Source: Ascidiella aspersa
Lineage: Eukaryota
Direction of reading: 5' to 3'
Assembly: GCA_963924565.1 (NCBI GenBank)
Contig: OZ004611.1
Span: forward strand, 15,128,001-15,192,000
Length of the DNA: 64,000 nucleotides
Each line of letters starts with the position of its first letter. Position 1 is the stretch's first letter. This document shows, piece after piece, positions 11,933-25,319 of this stretch. Position numbers and translations under genes: made by a program. Below the pieces are notes generated by a model that worked only from the letters and a program-made list of their open reading frames with translations, had not been told where the DNA came from and did not search any database.

Positions 11933-13402
11933 CAGGGGTGCCACTCTATTTCAATTTTCCCTACGCTATGGCGGGTTGATCTAGGGACTCTATTGACGTA
12001 AGTAGGCTAAAAAACAAAATAGGAAGAGGCAATTAGCCTGGCAACCTGTTGCCGTACTTCAAATTTTTTTAATTTTCTATTTTTAGAAAAATGAGCGGGT
12101 CCCCAAAGTTCGAAATTTAAAGTTCGGTAAACGGCTAGTGCAGGGGTGGGCAAACTGACGCTTTCCGGCATGTTTTTCGTGCCTCTTCTAGTTGAATCAT
12201 AAAATTCCAACACATTTTAAAGGTTACAGAGAGTAGGCTACCGTTTATAAACTTTTCTCTCTTTTTCTTTTCTTTATTTAGTCCAGAATTTAGTTTATGA
12301 CGTAACACTAAACATATAGTCCGAAGAGTTAGTTAATCAAAAGACTGATTTAAATAAATATTGTGCGTTTTATTATTTTGCTATTACCGTGATTGTTGAT
12401 TATTACCGTTTTGTTTTGTTATATTACAATTCTGTTATTATATGCTGCTAACCTTGCATTATTTACCATTTTGGATTGAAATAATTTTGAGGCTTTCTGG
12501 TACTTGTATTTTCTTCAAATGACTCCCTTACGTTGAATATATTTGCCCACCCCTGGGCTAGTGCCTTCTTCTGCACAATATTATCTCGTTGTGGTAGCCC
12601 GAAGTTTTCCCATACGTTTATTGAACTTAAAAATTCGCACTACCGTACTGTAACTGGATCTGCAAAATTACATACAATTCATTGCTAAAGCCGTTTACAG
12701 TACGTCATAAACGAAGTTAAAATTTGCACTACTGTAAACAACTTTAGCAATAAATCGTGAGGCAATTTTGCAGATCCGGTTACAGTAGTGCGAAGTTCGG
12801 TAAACAGGTGAGCCGGGCAAATAGCCTGTTTCAACAAATAGGAAATAGACAAAACCAGTAAAAATGATGCGGAATGACGAAAATTTGCTACGACATTTAG
12901 ATAGGAGTAAATTTATACAAAAAAACATGAAGCCCATAAACAATCTCAGCACGCCAAGTTGAAACGGGGTTCCAGTTGGGCTGGATTATATTCTCTAATT
13001 GTTGTTATGGCGCTTAGTGTTTGGTTGTGGATGGATGTGTTAAATTTCAAGTTCAATAATATTGCTTAACCTAACCGAACCCAAACGCTAACCCGCGCAC
13101 CCTAACCCAAATAATATGCCTTGTGGTAGGAATTCAGACGGGCGTCACCGTTGCTATTTAAAAAGGGTAAAAACGCATAACATTATTAACCTGTATGATG
13201 CAATTTTAAATAAGTCGTCCTAAAAAATGGGAAAATCTTAAATTTAAAACAAATAACAAGTTGTATACTTTAATAGTAGGCCTACTTGGTAAATAACTTC
13301 ATTGTAAGTGTCTGATCCCCATAATTTTCTTTTTACCAAAATACCCTACTTTAGGCGAAAATACCCTACCGTAGGGTAATATCCCTACGAGTGGCAGCCT
13401 TG
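11933..13402. mobile_element. Outer hAT-type non-autonomous element hosting nested MITEs
   Basis: TIR CAGGGGTGCCACTC / GAGTGGCAGCCTTG (12/14); 8-bp TSD GTTCAAAG / GTTCAAAA; CCCTAC subterminal motifs at both ends. Confidence 0.7.
12141..12555. mobile_element. hAT (Charlie/Buster-like) MITE, nested
   Basis: Perfect TIR CAGGGGTGGGCAAA / TTTGCCCACCCCTG; perfect 8-bp TSD GGCTAGTG. Confidence 0.92.
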
Positions 13403-13636
13403 GTTCAAAAGACATGTTTTAAAAACTTAAACCATGTAATCATGACTGTGTCACAATTTTCAAAAGGGATTATTTATATATATTGGTATACAATCTTGAA
13501 ACAAATCATAATAAAGAATATTAAACTCCCAAGCCCGCGTAGGTTAACAAAAAAAAACTGGGCCTTAAATTAAGCTTGAATAATAATTGCATGATTCACA
13601 ATAGAAGAGTGGTTATAATTTAAAATCTTATTTTTG

Positions 13637-14005
13637 GTGCTTCTCTAGAATTCTACCACATTTTCGTCAGGGATTTGCATTTCTATACATTAATTGGGCT
13701 AGGAGTAAAAGTTAGCATTTGGGTGGGTCAAATATAGTTGTCAAATTGGCACTGGTCTAGAAACCTGCCAAATCAACGCACAATATTTGAGTTAGTGGGT
13801 AAAGTAGAGGTAGGATTCTAGACCAGCACCATAAATTTATTCTCGAATAATTGTTTCTTTCTTGTAATTTCAATTTTACAACTTTTTTCAGTGTTGCAAA
13901 AAAATTGGGCACTGGTCCAGAATCCTACTACATTCCATCCGGAAGTTATATTGCTAACATTATTTGGGTTAGGGTGAGAGTTAGCGTTTGGGTGGGTCAA
14001 GTTGC
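13637..14005. mobile_element. Cluster of partial copies of the 7845-8049 MITE family (another copy at ~13010-13145)
   Basis: GGCACTGGTCYAGAAWCCTRC and GTAGGATTCTAGACCAGCACC ends, plus GGGTTAGGGTG..GTTAGCGTTTGGGTGGGTCAAG cores. Confidence 0.7.
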
Positions 14006-14680
14006 CTAAGTATCATTATTATACTTATTCTTACATATATATGCCTTTCTTGCAACCAAAATATTTTTAAGACAATGCTAATATTTTTTAATTTATCAAA
14101 AAAAATAAAAATTTTAGAATTACTGATGAATTACGCATCAAAATCGCGCGAAGCGCGAATAATCTTTGGATTTACGTTCTTAAAATTGGTATATAAACAA
14201 AGTTTGGAGGCCTCATGAGCCCGTGGTTTTACTTCATTTAATGTTCCAAATAAATTCGGCCAACTTAGGAGAGAAAACTTACTGTTCTAATGTTAACAAA
14301 CCGTCGAACACAGCTGGTAAAATTAGGACAACTTATCGGTTTTTATCCGAATATTAGGCCATCTGGCAACCCTGTGCACAACCCTAGCATTTATCACTTT
14401 TTGTGATATGCGTCGCTGATTTACACTTACCTAATCGATCGGGCGAGATTATATCCTGGGATACAAAATTATAATTTCACCGAAGTCAAAACGGGCTTTT
14501 TTTCGTAAGTTCACCGATGTGCTTCGGTGACTGTTGACGAAGCGGGTGAAATTTTAGATAAAAAATACTGCGTGCAATCAGTTCTGCATCAATGGTTATT
14601 ATAAATCATTGCATTTATTTACAATGGGGGCGCCGGCTTAGAAGTAAACTGTTAATTAAGTTTCCAAATGTAACTCTAAT

Positions 14681-16798
14681 GGGATGGTTTCCACCACTAG
14701 GGGTCGCGCGGATCGACTCAGATGAAGTCGTAAATTTTTACAATGGCGCCGGTGCGGAGTGTGGCACTATTTGTTCGATATTTCAGTCAGTAAGGCCGTT
14801 TGGGGCATTTTGACCAGTTTAACTGTTAAGTTTACCCCTGTAGTTACTATCACAGCTTTTTTTATTTTTATCGCCAAGGCAAGTATGGGAATATATATTG
14901 CTATTTCAAGTCATCAAACCGGCCTGGCAAAAAATGTTTGTAATTTGCGCAGTATTGAAATCCCCGATTCGAAGACTGGATTGTTATTTAAGTTAGTTTA
15001 AGATTTTAGCTTGACAAATTCAAAACAACACTCACGAAAAATTTGGTTTCAAAGGTGACTGTGGCTTTGCCAGTTTTTTGGGCAGCTTTAGCTAAGTTAG
15101 TAGTGCTCTGTACTGCATTGAACTAACATGCATTTTATATTCATAAACTTTTACTATTAATGTTGTTTCTAATTTTCTTAAGTTAGTAAGAATTTTATGC
15201 AATCTTCTAGAATTTTCTCTCTGGATTACCAAGCAACATATGATTGCAATAAAAGTCAAGTAAACGCTGCTTTCTAAGTGATTCAATATCAGGTAAAAGT
15301 TTATTATTTTGTTTTTCTCGCTGACGAAATAAAATTAATTACCTGGTTATAATTATGCACTTTTTATTAAGTTGTTGGAATTTTTATCTGTGCTTGATTT
15401 AGTTTATAATCTATAATGCAAAATGGTGGAATAACACTTGTTCAGTTGCTATACTGTTGTATTTGTAACATATAATCATTTTCTTATAAAAAATATTTAT
15501 CAACAGAGAGATCTGAAAAAGGAATTTCAACGAGAAAAGTTTTAAACATGTCTGCATTGAAAAAAAAACACTTTTAATCATGATGTCGTATGATAAGATC
15601 ACACCTAATAGAATATTAACTCCTGAATAAACTCCTTGCATATTAATCTTATTGCTTTTGTTGTGGTATCAACGTTAAGTGCCAAAATAATAAAATTGAA
15701 TTGAATAAGTCAACAGTTGTGCTTGTTTTATTAAACTTCATAATAGGCACTTATTTTTGTATGATACAAAATGAAATTATACAGTTGATTTAATAAATGC
15801 TGTGAATGAAATTGTTGCTTTGCAAACCTGAAATAAGCAAAAACAATCAGTAAAATAATATTTTGGAGCTGTGGCTATTATTTGCCAAAGATATGAAGAT
15901 TCACTGTATTAGTTTCTACTTGTTTGTAACATTGGGAACTGTGGTTCCACAAAACATAGGTTTCTTTGTCAAGATGGAAGATTTAAGTCTGGTAGCTAAC
16001 GTTCAGTCAAAGGCACAAGCTTGCATGATATTGTCTACTCTAGGCTCTGCCTAATTACTTTTTTAAAACCACATGTAAGAAAATAAATCCAGAGTAATAT
16101 TAAGATAACATTTATCAAAGTACACCTTTTGCAAAATAATGCAACATTACAAATAATTAGTTGTTTAAAAAGATGTGGGTGAGTGGTATTTTACCAAGAT
16201 GTGAGATATCTTGAAAGGTGTTATTAAAATGTGTTACTTAATGTTAGGTTTTTAAATTAAGTACAAGAATAATTTTCAGGAAAATGTAGAATGCCGTTTA
16301 GATTACTATAAAGAAGATACATTTTAAATTAAAAATGACTGTGAAAAAGTGTGAATGAAATGACTTGCAAAATGCAAAGCTAAAAAAAGCAATAATGTAC
16401 TACAGAAAACTACAATATTTCCTATGAAAATGCGTGCTTCAGCTTTGTTCGCAACTAGCTAGCCTTAAATATTGTAATTATATTTTATTCACAAGTTGAA
16501 GTTGTAGCAAATGCTTTATGGTTTTAACCTCTACCGTATTTTAAGTACAAAATTTCAAGTTGCAACAGTCCATGTTTAAGTGCTTCTCGTTAGGAGAATT
16601 TAAATAAATTACAAGTAAAAACTAATTATTTACATTAATTAAAGTTAACTCAAAACGAATAATTAGCTTTACGAAAGATTCTACAAAAACAAAGCGTTAA
16701 AAAACATAATTAAAAACCACTGATAACGATTGTATAAGATAGGCGTTCGCGACTGTTCATCTGACTCACGCAACGCCTCTAGTGGTGGTAACCATCCC
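14681..16798. mobile_element. 2.1-kb non-autonomous TIR element, AT-flanked (ISL2EU-like, tentative)
   Basis: ~45-bp imperfect TIRs GGGATGGTTTCCACCACTAG..CAGATGAA / TTCATCTGA..CTAGTGGTGGTAACCATCCC; AT on both flanks; no transposase recognised inside. Confidence 0.65.
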
Positions 16799-17639
16799 AT
16801 TGTGTCTAATGTGTTTTGTTTTTTTCGTTTACTTTTTCTTTTTCCTTGTAAAAATGCTTAGCCGTCACCTGGGGTCTACGGACGTTTTTTGTTGTTGTTT
16901 GCATATAGGCCTATATACCGTTGTTCCGAAAGAATTATAAATCTATCTATCTATCTATATGTAAATAAACTGTAATAATAAAGATTGAAATTTATAGAAT
17001 AGGATTGTAAAATTGTATTTGTTTTTGACGATTGCTTTGCAGCTTCCAAAAATAACTTATCAGCGTTACAGCAGTATTTCGGATATTTTGATATTACACA
17101 AAACCCTGGTTGATTTTTTCTTAAAATAACTGCAACCAATCTGTTATCACTTCAAAGCCAAGAGGGGAAAGCTGAATCTCTCTAGAAAAAACACGAGATA
17201 CAAAACTGATGGTTGTTTCCGGTGTTGGCTTTATTAGTTGTTGTAATTTCACTTATTCGGGAACATTAAGCAGTTCGGCTATAACCTCACTTGTCAGTTC
17301 AATACTTGACAAGTTAAATATTTTAAACTGACACAATAAACCTAGATAGAATTAGAAAAGTTCGTGCATTACCTGAAACGCTGAATAATATACGCAAAAA
17401 CGCGCAAAATAATACGGAGATTAACAGACGACAGAAATACTGTCTGTAATTGCCGCCGAAGCCCGTTTTTTAACAAATCGTGTCAGTGTTACTCATGCTT
17501 GACGTTATCCAGTGATCCTTCTTTGTAATTAGTATCCTATGGTTTAACGTAGAGTGCCCTTCAACAGCCCCGAAAAGAGTACTGTGGGCCGTGACGAAAA
17601 AAGTTTGCCTACCAACGCACACTACAGTTCATGTAAAAG

Positions 17640-18000
17640 ACGACACGAGATGGTAACCGGCACATTATAAAATGTCCTCGAGAAAATCCAAATTGAACTG
17701 AAGGGCAAGTTTAAGACCGAAGTGAAGTGCCACAAGAATTTGAACGCTTTTTTCTTGAGTGACACCCATCTCCCAGAATGGCGTATGACGAGGAAATTCT
17801 TCCCGAGAATTTACAAGAGATTCTTGGAGCTAAAATGCAATTCTAATGCAAGGGACTCAATGGCATTGGGCGAAATATTTGTACATTTATAAGATTGTGG
17901 GTGTTGTGGCTATTTCATCCACTTACTTGTTCGAAAATGTTTTTTCTACTCTCGTGAACATAAAGACAAAATCTAGAAACAAATTGTTAAAAGGTTACCT
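17640..18000 (+). pseudogene. hAT Charlie/Buster-type transposase C-terminal remnant
   Basis: FSSTYLFEN.FSTLVNIKTKSRNKL at ~17913-17987 (with a frameshift) matches the FxSTYLCExxFSxLxxIKTKxRNxL dimerisation motif; FLELKCNSNARD lies upstream. Confidence 0.7.
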
Positions 18001-18096
18001 AGATTATATTCTATGAAACATTCACACATATGTGTGTTAATAACTGAGATCTAGCCCTTCGAAGCTGCTTTTTGACCAACGACTACGGCTTACGTT

Positions 18097-18790
18097 TAAG
18101 TATTCCACTACTCTTTGGGTTGCGACATTTCTCCAATCGGCAGCGAAGTCCTTTGTCATGCAACCGTTGGAAAACTTGACGAAGATGTTCCTCTGCACAC
18201 GACTAAAAGATAAGGTCATCCATTATTTCCTGAAAATATCCTGAAGCGGAGTGTATACCGAAAGGTAAAATATTTTGCAGAAGAACTCCACGATGTGTGC
18301 TAAGAGCCAACCTTTTTCAGCTTTCTGGTCCGAGACGTATCTGATTGTGCGCATCAGCCAAGTCGATTTTCATGAATGCATATCCACCTTGCAACTTGCG
18401 TAACAAATCTTCTGAAAGCGGCAAAGGGTGGCGGGTTTTACCGTCACCGAATAGTCACCACAGGCGTAGTCGTTGAACTTCGCTGGAGTCCAGATACCTT
18501 TAGTGATGCCAACATTATATATGCTTGTCCCACGTCTTGCTGAAGAGCAAACGGAACTGAGCGAGCTTAAAAAAACACAAGTCTTCGTCACGGATTTGAA
18601 TTGTACATCTAATTCAAAGTCCTTTAGACAAAACCTAACTCTTCTTTAAACAGGTCCGGAAATTGACTGCAAAGTTTCCGGCAGTCCGTTTGCAACTGAA
18701 TATATCAGGTTAATAAGTATCGACAGATAAAGCACGTACGGTAAATATCAATTTGTCCACTGATATTAAGCGACTGAATAGCATTTCTTC
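18097..18790 (-). mobile_element. Deleted Gypsy pol remnant (RT region), same family as 54526-59322
   Basis: Long near-identical runs to 56864-57697, e.g. ACATTTCTCCAATCGGCAGCGAAGTCCTTTGTCATGCAACCGTTGG, with many small deletions. Confidence 0.92.
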
Positions 18791-18803
18791 CAAAGGTTTG
18801 GTA

Positions 18804-21392
18804 AGCCCTGAAGTCAACATGCTCCACGACCGACCGAATTATGTTGCTACGTGAGTTTTGTGAAAAAAGATGGGTTTGTTACGCTGCCCTACATACCAAA
18901 ACTAACCGGTGTGTTAAGATGTATGTTGGGAGACTTCGGTATAGCGGTTGGTGTGCAACCTGCCACGAAAGCTTCGGAGTCACCCCAAAGACCCCATCAG
19001 TTCCTTTGACAAACGAGGTGTGGTATGTTCAATCCCCTGTGCGGATTGTAATTTGGTCTATATCGGCGAGACCGGATGGTCATTCAAGACTCGCCGAAAA
19101 GAACACCAAAGGGACGTGGCAAATAACGACGCAAAGAAGTCTGCACTCTCATACCATGCTGTTTCCCGAAGCCACGAAATTGTCAATAATAGCACGTGAA
19201 TCAAACTACAGGAAAAGATTATTTGTGGAATCGTGGAACATCCATAAGAAGGGTAACACCATGAACGTCAAAACTGACGTGTTCTGCATGCTACAAGCAC
19301 CTGCTGAAGGACTAGAGGCAGTCGCTAATTATTTTCTTATCGTTTCGTTGCTCGCGTTTATTTCTGTTTTTTTCCTTTTTTTGCTTTCCATTTATTGTAC
19401 GAGCGTTTAGTGTCATTCACCCTGACGAAGGCGGCCGAAACGTTGGTTAACAATTACAATTACCAGAGGAGCTGTTTTTGATTTATATTACCATGCCTGG
19501 TGGCAACAGTTTATATATTGAATTTAAAGGTCTATGCGTTCTTTCAATAATAAGGAAGTACGTTGCCAATAGACACACTCGATTACGAGGCACATGGTGC
19601 ACCTGCATTTTATCTCTTGTCTCGCTCTTTGCAATTTAAATCGCCTGACAATTCGCCAAGTGGAAGGAAGATTATGAGGGAATGCGTGTTAGCGTTTTTA
19701 AAACTACGTATTGACCAGTCTCGCCGAAGAAGCCCAATGCAACTTTCGATCTGAAAAGGTTTTAGCATCAAGACCATCTTGAGCGGCTTCTAATCCATAT
19801 AGACGTAGGGGTTCAATCACTGTACAATCGCTCAATTACTGATTGTAAAAAGCGTTTACCATCAATGAGCTCCAAGTGTGATGGACGAAATACAAATGGG
19901 TTATGAACTTGTCGGATTATCAACCAACTGAAAATGAAACCAAAGTTTTGGAATTTGAACTTTGCCACTGCCCCACGGTTTGTTCCGAAAGAGAAAAACA
20001 ATGCTGCAGTCGAAAAAGGTATTTGGCAGCAATCTGCGCACCATAAGACAATCATTCAAGGAATACTTGCAAACTGCCTCCGCACTTATAGGAACCTCAG
20101 TAAACAACGAGCACCAAGCAATCAGAAGTCTAAGGTCTAATGAAAACATCTTGATTTTACCCGCAGACAAAGGTAACTGTAGTAACTGTACCGTAATCAT
20201 GAACAACCAAGATTACGAGAGAAAAATGTTTAACTTATTGCAGGATCCGTCAACATACAAGCACCTACCTCGTCGTGACCCAACACGAAAGTCGGAACGC
20301 ATCCTTAATAAGTTTGTTGCTACTTTGCACACGGAGAGGCGGTGTATTTCAGAAGCATAGCACGGACGGTTCTGCGCCACGCATGTATGGCTTACCTAAA
20401 ATACACAAAGAAGGCATCCCATTCAGGCCTATTGTTTCGTTCGTTTGTACGCCAACCTATCTAATTTGGCGAAATACATAGCGAAAGTCATCTCTCCGCT
20501 AGTGGGAAACACAGAGTGGACTGTTCTGAACTCGTCAAATTTTGTTAAATTGTTGGTCACTTTTCACTAGTGTACCAGTGGAATTGGCAATGGATATTGC
20601 GTCATCCAGAATTTTGGCCGACTACAGCCTCAAAGACAGGACGCCATGGCTCCCGGCGGATGTTGTGACTGGGTTGCAAATTTGTTTACAGCAAGCGTTT
20701 CTAACATTCAGGGGGAAATTTTACCAGCAAATACAGGGTACAGCGATGGGTTCTTCTCCTGTAGAAGCCCTGGAAGGAAAAGCCCTGACAACATTTGCCG
20801 TCATTACTAAAGATCAGGTGGAACTATTTCTGCACCATCTTAATCAGGCGCAGAAATGTATTCGATTCACCATGGAAATGCAACGGGGAAACCTCCTTTC
20901 ATTTTTAGATGTTCACGAGTACCACAAGCCAACAAGTACCGGCAGGTATCTTAATTTTCGTTCGCATCACCACCCTATTAACCAAAAGAGAGGTGTCGTG
21001 CGATCACTTCAGCGCGAGGTGGAACTTAAAAAGGTACACGAAGCCCTGAAGTCCAACGGTTACCCCAACTGGATGCTCCACGACCGACCGAATTCTGTTG
21101 CTACGCTGCCCTACATACCAAAACTAACCGATGTGTTAAGACGTATGTTGGGAGACTTCGGTATAGCGGTTGGTGTGCAACCTGCCAATACTCTTCGCAA
21201 GCTTCGAGTCACCCCAAATACCCCATCAGTTCCTTTGACCAACGAGATGTGGTATATTCAATCCCCTGTGCGGATTGTAATTTGGTCTATATCGGCGTAT
21301 CACCAAAGGGACACGACGAAAAGAAGTCTGCACTCTCATACCGTGCTGTTTCCCGAAGCCACCAAATTGAATTCAATAATTAGCACTTGAAT
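18804..21392 (+). mobile_element. Penelope-like element family A (Poseidon-like), partial-tandem structure, frameshifted, inserted within the Gypsy remnant
   Basis: An upstream 3' fragment has GIY-YIG VVCSIPCADCNLVYIGETG and RKRLFVESWNI. It is followed by ILPADKG, PRMYGLPKIHKEGIPFRPIVS, SLFTSVP, QGTAMGS, FLDV and NGYP. 18804-19205 repeats 21041-21392. Confidence 0.88.
19416..19450 (+). ncRNA. Minimal type-I hammerhead ribozyme motif in the PLE-A pLTR
   Basis: ttcacc CTGACGA a GG-cgg-CC GAAA cgtt ggttaa: intact core, palindromic AACGTT helix III, helix I 5/6 paired. Helix II is very short and possibly deleted. Confidence 0.7.
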
Positions 21393-21399
21393 CAGATGT

Positions 21400-21586
21400 G
21401 TCCAGTTTCGGAGTTAACCTCCCAATGCTTGAAATAGGCTTCACCGTATGAACCACGCTTAAAGGTTTTGTTGACGCCGGTTTCTTTCGCCAAGCTACTT
21501 CCAAATGACCGATACGTCTGCTAAATTTGCAAGTTGAACTTCGGTGACGACATGTGGAAGCAAAATGTCCAGACTTTGCTGTCCCT
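21400..21586 (-). mobile_element. Gypsy gag remnant (zinc-knuckle region), continuation of 18097-18790
   Basis: KSGHFASTCRHRSSTCKFSRRIGHLEVAW...TPKLD matches 57950-58170. Confidence 0.92.
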
Positions 21587-21630
21587 TTTATCATCTTGCA
21601 ACCATATTTATTACTTATGCTTTTTTACAG

Positions 21631-21888
21631 GTATTAACAATTCAAAGATTTCCGCCATGATTGGCCACTTTGCAACCACAGGAGCAAATGGACCAGAACT
21701 ATTTGTTAAAGCGATTAGTATGTTGTACCATCTTGCAAACTTGTGGTGCATTGTAAAACTTAAATCAACTGATACTAACTAACACACAGAAACGAATTTA
21801 TTTATTTCCAGGTGATGGGTGTGCAATAAACAGACAGCTGTTTCAACTGCTGCTCCAGAAAAAAGTGCCATTCCACAGATTCAACAAA
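21631..21888 (+). pseudogene. Two exons of a second, diverged P-element transposase (21631-~21752, 21812-21888)
   Basis: GINNSKISAMIGHFATT..VKAISMLYHLANLWCI and GDGCAINRQLF..(frameshift)HSTDSTK are homologous to exons 19-159 and 333-432, with the same acceptor positions and ACA AA|gt donor. Confidence 0.8.
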
Positions 21889-22019
21889 GTATGTGAAAAA
21901 TCTCACTATTAAAATTTATTACAGTAATATTCCCATATTTCATTTACAGTAATATTCCCATATTCAAACTCTCGATACTTTCAACTAGTACTTCAACTGC
22001 AAAATTGCAAATATCATCC

Positions 22020-23482
22020 GATTGTTTGTATAGATTTGTTAGGAGACTCTACTTTATTGTATGGAAAAGCTTTTGTAAGTTATAATGTGCTATGATTGTA
22101 TTAGAGGATATGGTAATTTGGATAATGTGTCCTGTTTTTCTTTTGAAAGTTATCTTGGCATGTTAAAGAATCATATAAAATCAGGGTTTCGACCATTACA
22201 GCAGTGTGCATGGTTTGCTTATCAGAAACATTCATTCATGTTGATAGGAATTCCAAGAGTTGCATGCAGAGTATAATTGAGCAATTATATCAAACAGTTT
22301 CATTTGTATCAGAAACTTTTTCATCCAAGTGTGTGTCTTTAAACCAAATACATGTGCCGATCAACAATTTTTCTGAACAGTGTATTTTACAAAGTTTTTG
22401 ATATTGTCAAACAGCAGCTATGTTTTTCATTGTTCGAAAATTCCTAAAGATGGAACCTTTTTTGAAGAGCCGATATGCTGCTCTACAGAAGTTAGAATTT
22501 GGAAAGTTCCAGTCCTTGATGCTGAATATAGTGTGTTGCTGTGCAGATTGAAAATAATGTTAAAAAGTCTGTTATTTTTCCATATGAAGATGTTTTTGTT
22601 GTGTGTCTTATGCTTCACTAATGTATATTTATGTGCATTTAGAAATATATAGCTAATTAAGAATGAAGAGGTTTTTGTGTGTTAAATTTCAAGATGGTGC
22701 AACTAATATTGTACCTCGCCTCCTTTATCAGCGAACGTGCAAGCTTAAAGTGACCCTGATGTGTTCGCCTGAGGAATCTATGAACCTTGCCAAGTAAATT
22801 AGACAACAAAAAATGTTTGTGACATTATTAACAAGAGTAGTACACAAGAAAGGGACATGTGAAGGTACAACCTGGGGCCTGGGGATGTACGTGTGTGTAC
22901 ACATGATTGCTTTTCTTGCTTTAAGAGTGTTACATAGATTGCTGTTTTCAGGCAAACCTGTGTGAAAACGTGCTGCTCAAAACCAGATTGAAAAGCACGA
23001 AAAAATATTCTTTGTAAACAACCAAAAATATACTTTAGGGGAGAAGCATAGCCTGCTAGATCCTTAATATGCTGATGCAAATGTTATACCTGTACATTTA
23101 ACAGGAATGGGGAATTCAACTCAATGTAATCAACTCAAACGTAAGTAAAACTGCCAACACGTAACAATAGTATGATCAAAAGTGTGTACTTTTTGAAATA
23201 ATAAACAGTCTATATATGCCTTACACTGCCATAACTTTTTTCAAAATGACACAAACAAAATTAATATTGTAGTATGTAATGTTATTACATATTTCCGCTG
23301 TTCAAAAATAGATGTGATTAAATAAATATGTGTGGAAACAACCACAAGGTATTTATTTTGTAAATTGGATGTTGGAAAATAATTTTTTTTTTTTTTTTTT
23401 TTGCACCAATTTCTTCGGTTTTCTGGCTGATTCTTCGGCCGATATAGTCGCCAGCATTCTGCCATACTGCGTTGCACTAGTG
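22020..23482 (+). mobile_element. CACTA/EnSpm-Mirage-like element, 3' part (transposase C-terminus, start of ORF2, right end)
   Basis: LYGKAFVSYNV..YGNLDNVSCFSFESYLGMLKNHIKSGFRPLQQ; ORF2 start MKRFLCVKFQDGATNIVP at 22663; ends ...GCACTAGTG (reverse complement CACTAG) after TTCTTCGG subterminal repeats. Confidence 0.72.
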
Positions 23483-25319
23483 TATTTATGTAATAAGTGT
23501 ATCGAGTATATTACAAACTACAGTAAAAAATCATTTTTTACACGTTACTCTTGCGTTGTTTAGAATTGTTGCATGTGAAAAGATTGCCTTGGCAATAAAA
23601 AGAGCAATTCAACGGATGGTGGCCGACAACTTCGAGCTACTGACCAACATTAAGCCTCTTTACATGGTGAAATTAAGTGGGTTAACCCGCTCGTAACAGG
23701 TAGGTTACGCACTTGTTTAGTGGGTTACGATTTCTTTGTTCGAAGTCTAGGCCGTGGTTTAATTCTGTGCATAACATTTGGACAACGCAAAGCAAATGTA
23801 ACTTTACTAGCTTAATTTAATCTGGGTTTATTATAATGGTAATAATCTATAAAGAGTGTTTTAGGTTGTTTTTTTTAAGTATGAAAAAGGAGCAGATTAC
23901 ATCCCGGGCATCCTGTGGACCCATCACGATGCCATGCTTTTAGTTGATTTAATTGCCAAAAAAGATATCGTTAGGCAGATAGATGGCCGAAAACAAAAGA
24001 AATAAACCAATATTTGATCATTTGGCCGAACCCCACAAGAGCAGGCAGGAATTACCAAACATAGGTGAGAAGATGAATAGTTTTATTGTGGTTTAGCGTA
24101 ATTAACTTTTGATTGTAGACCGCTAAATAGTGTACATTTTATGATACACTGTATTTCACAACGTTTGTACTTTTGCAGACCATCAACCTTGTACCAGCAG
24201 CAACATAAGACCCAGACCACCAAAGAGACGCCGGCTTGTAAACAAAGGTGAGCTTTGCCACCCTTGTGTATGTACAATGAATGCCTTGAGGAAAATTTTT
24301 CTAATTTAAAATAAATATCTATATTTAAAACAATTTTATAATACTAGTATGGCTTTACAGAGTTAACTGATTCATCATTTGAAAAATCTTTAATAACAAC
24401 TCTGAAAAAGATTGAGTGCTGATGGAAAACATGAACGGATTTTCAACAACCTAAACTGTCTCCACAACCACCCATGGAACTCCAGGTCATGGTTCCACAA
24501 AACAACCCATCAGATGAAGAACAGCTTTAACTGCTGTAGGCCTGCATATCTTTATATTTTTTGTTGTAATTTTCACCTTTGTTATCATCTACCTTACTGT
24601 TTTACATATATGCACTTTTCCTTTTTTGAGATTAACATTGCACTGTGTTTTGGCTATTCAGTTGAACTACTGTACATAATATCCTTTCATTTCTGTTTTT
24701 ATTTTTTTAAGATTCTTTAGTGGCAATTATTTTTATATCAAGTTAATTTAACTACTGTGCTTAATATGCACCTTACTGTTCTACGTATATGCACTTTTAC
24801 TTTTTTCAAGATTTCAGATAAAATACAATACTGAACATAACTTTCTATGTTTCATAAAACAAAATGTAGTTGACTGTGTTTTTTTATAAATGCACAACAA
24901 TAGAAAAAATTGCAAAAAACAGGCCTAAAACCGACTTGACTGTCTTTGGGGCAGATGTTTGCTAATTGCATCAAGATATCACGTTGATGCACACCATCCT
25001 ACTGGCAGGCTGGTAGATTATGATGGCCGAATGTCACTGCTTCGATTTAACAATTCACACAAATTATGTAAAATACAGCAAGCTCCAATTATTGTTAGTG
25101 CAAAATCTATGCATGCTTCAATCTTCCTTAGTATGCGCCACCGGGTCTTCAGCTTTCAAAATGCATTTTCCACTACAATGCGTGCACTACTGTGATTACA
25201 ATTAAAAGATTCTTTTTTTGGTGAAATTCTTATAGGGCCTAATCATTAAGAACCAACACACAACGCTAGCGTTCACAGACATTTTCGCTTAACATTTTTT
25301 CCCTAACCCGTTTTCACCG

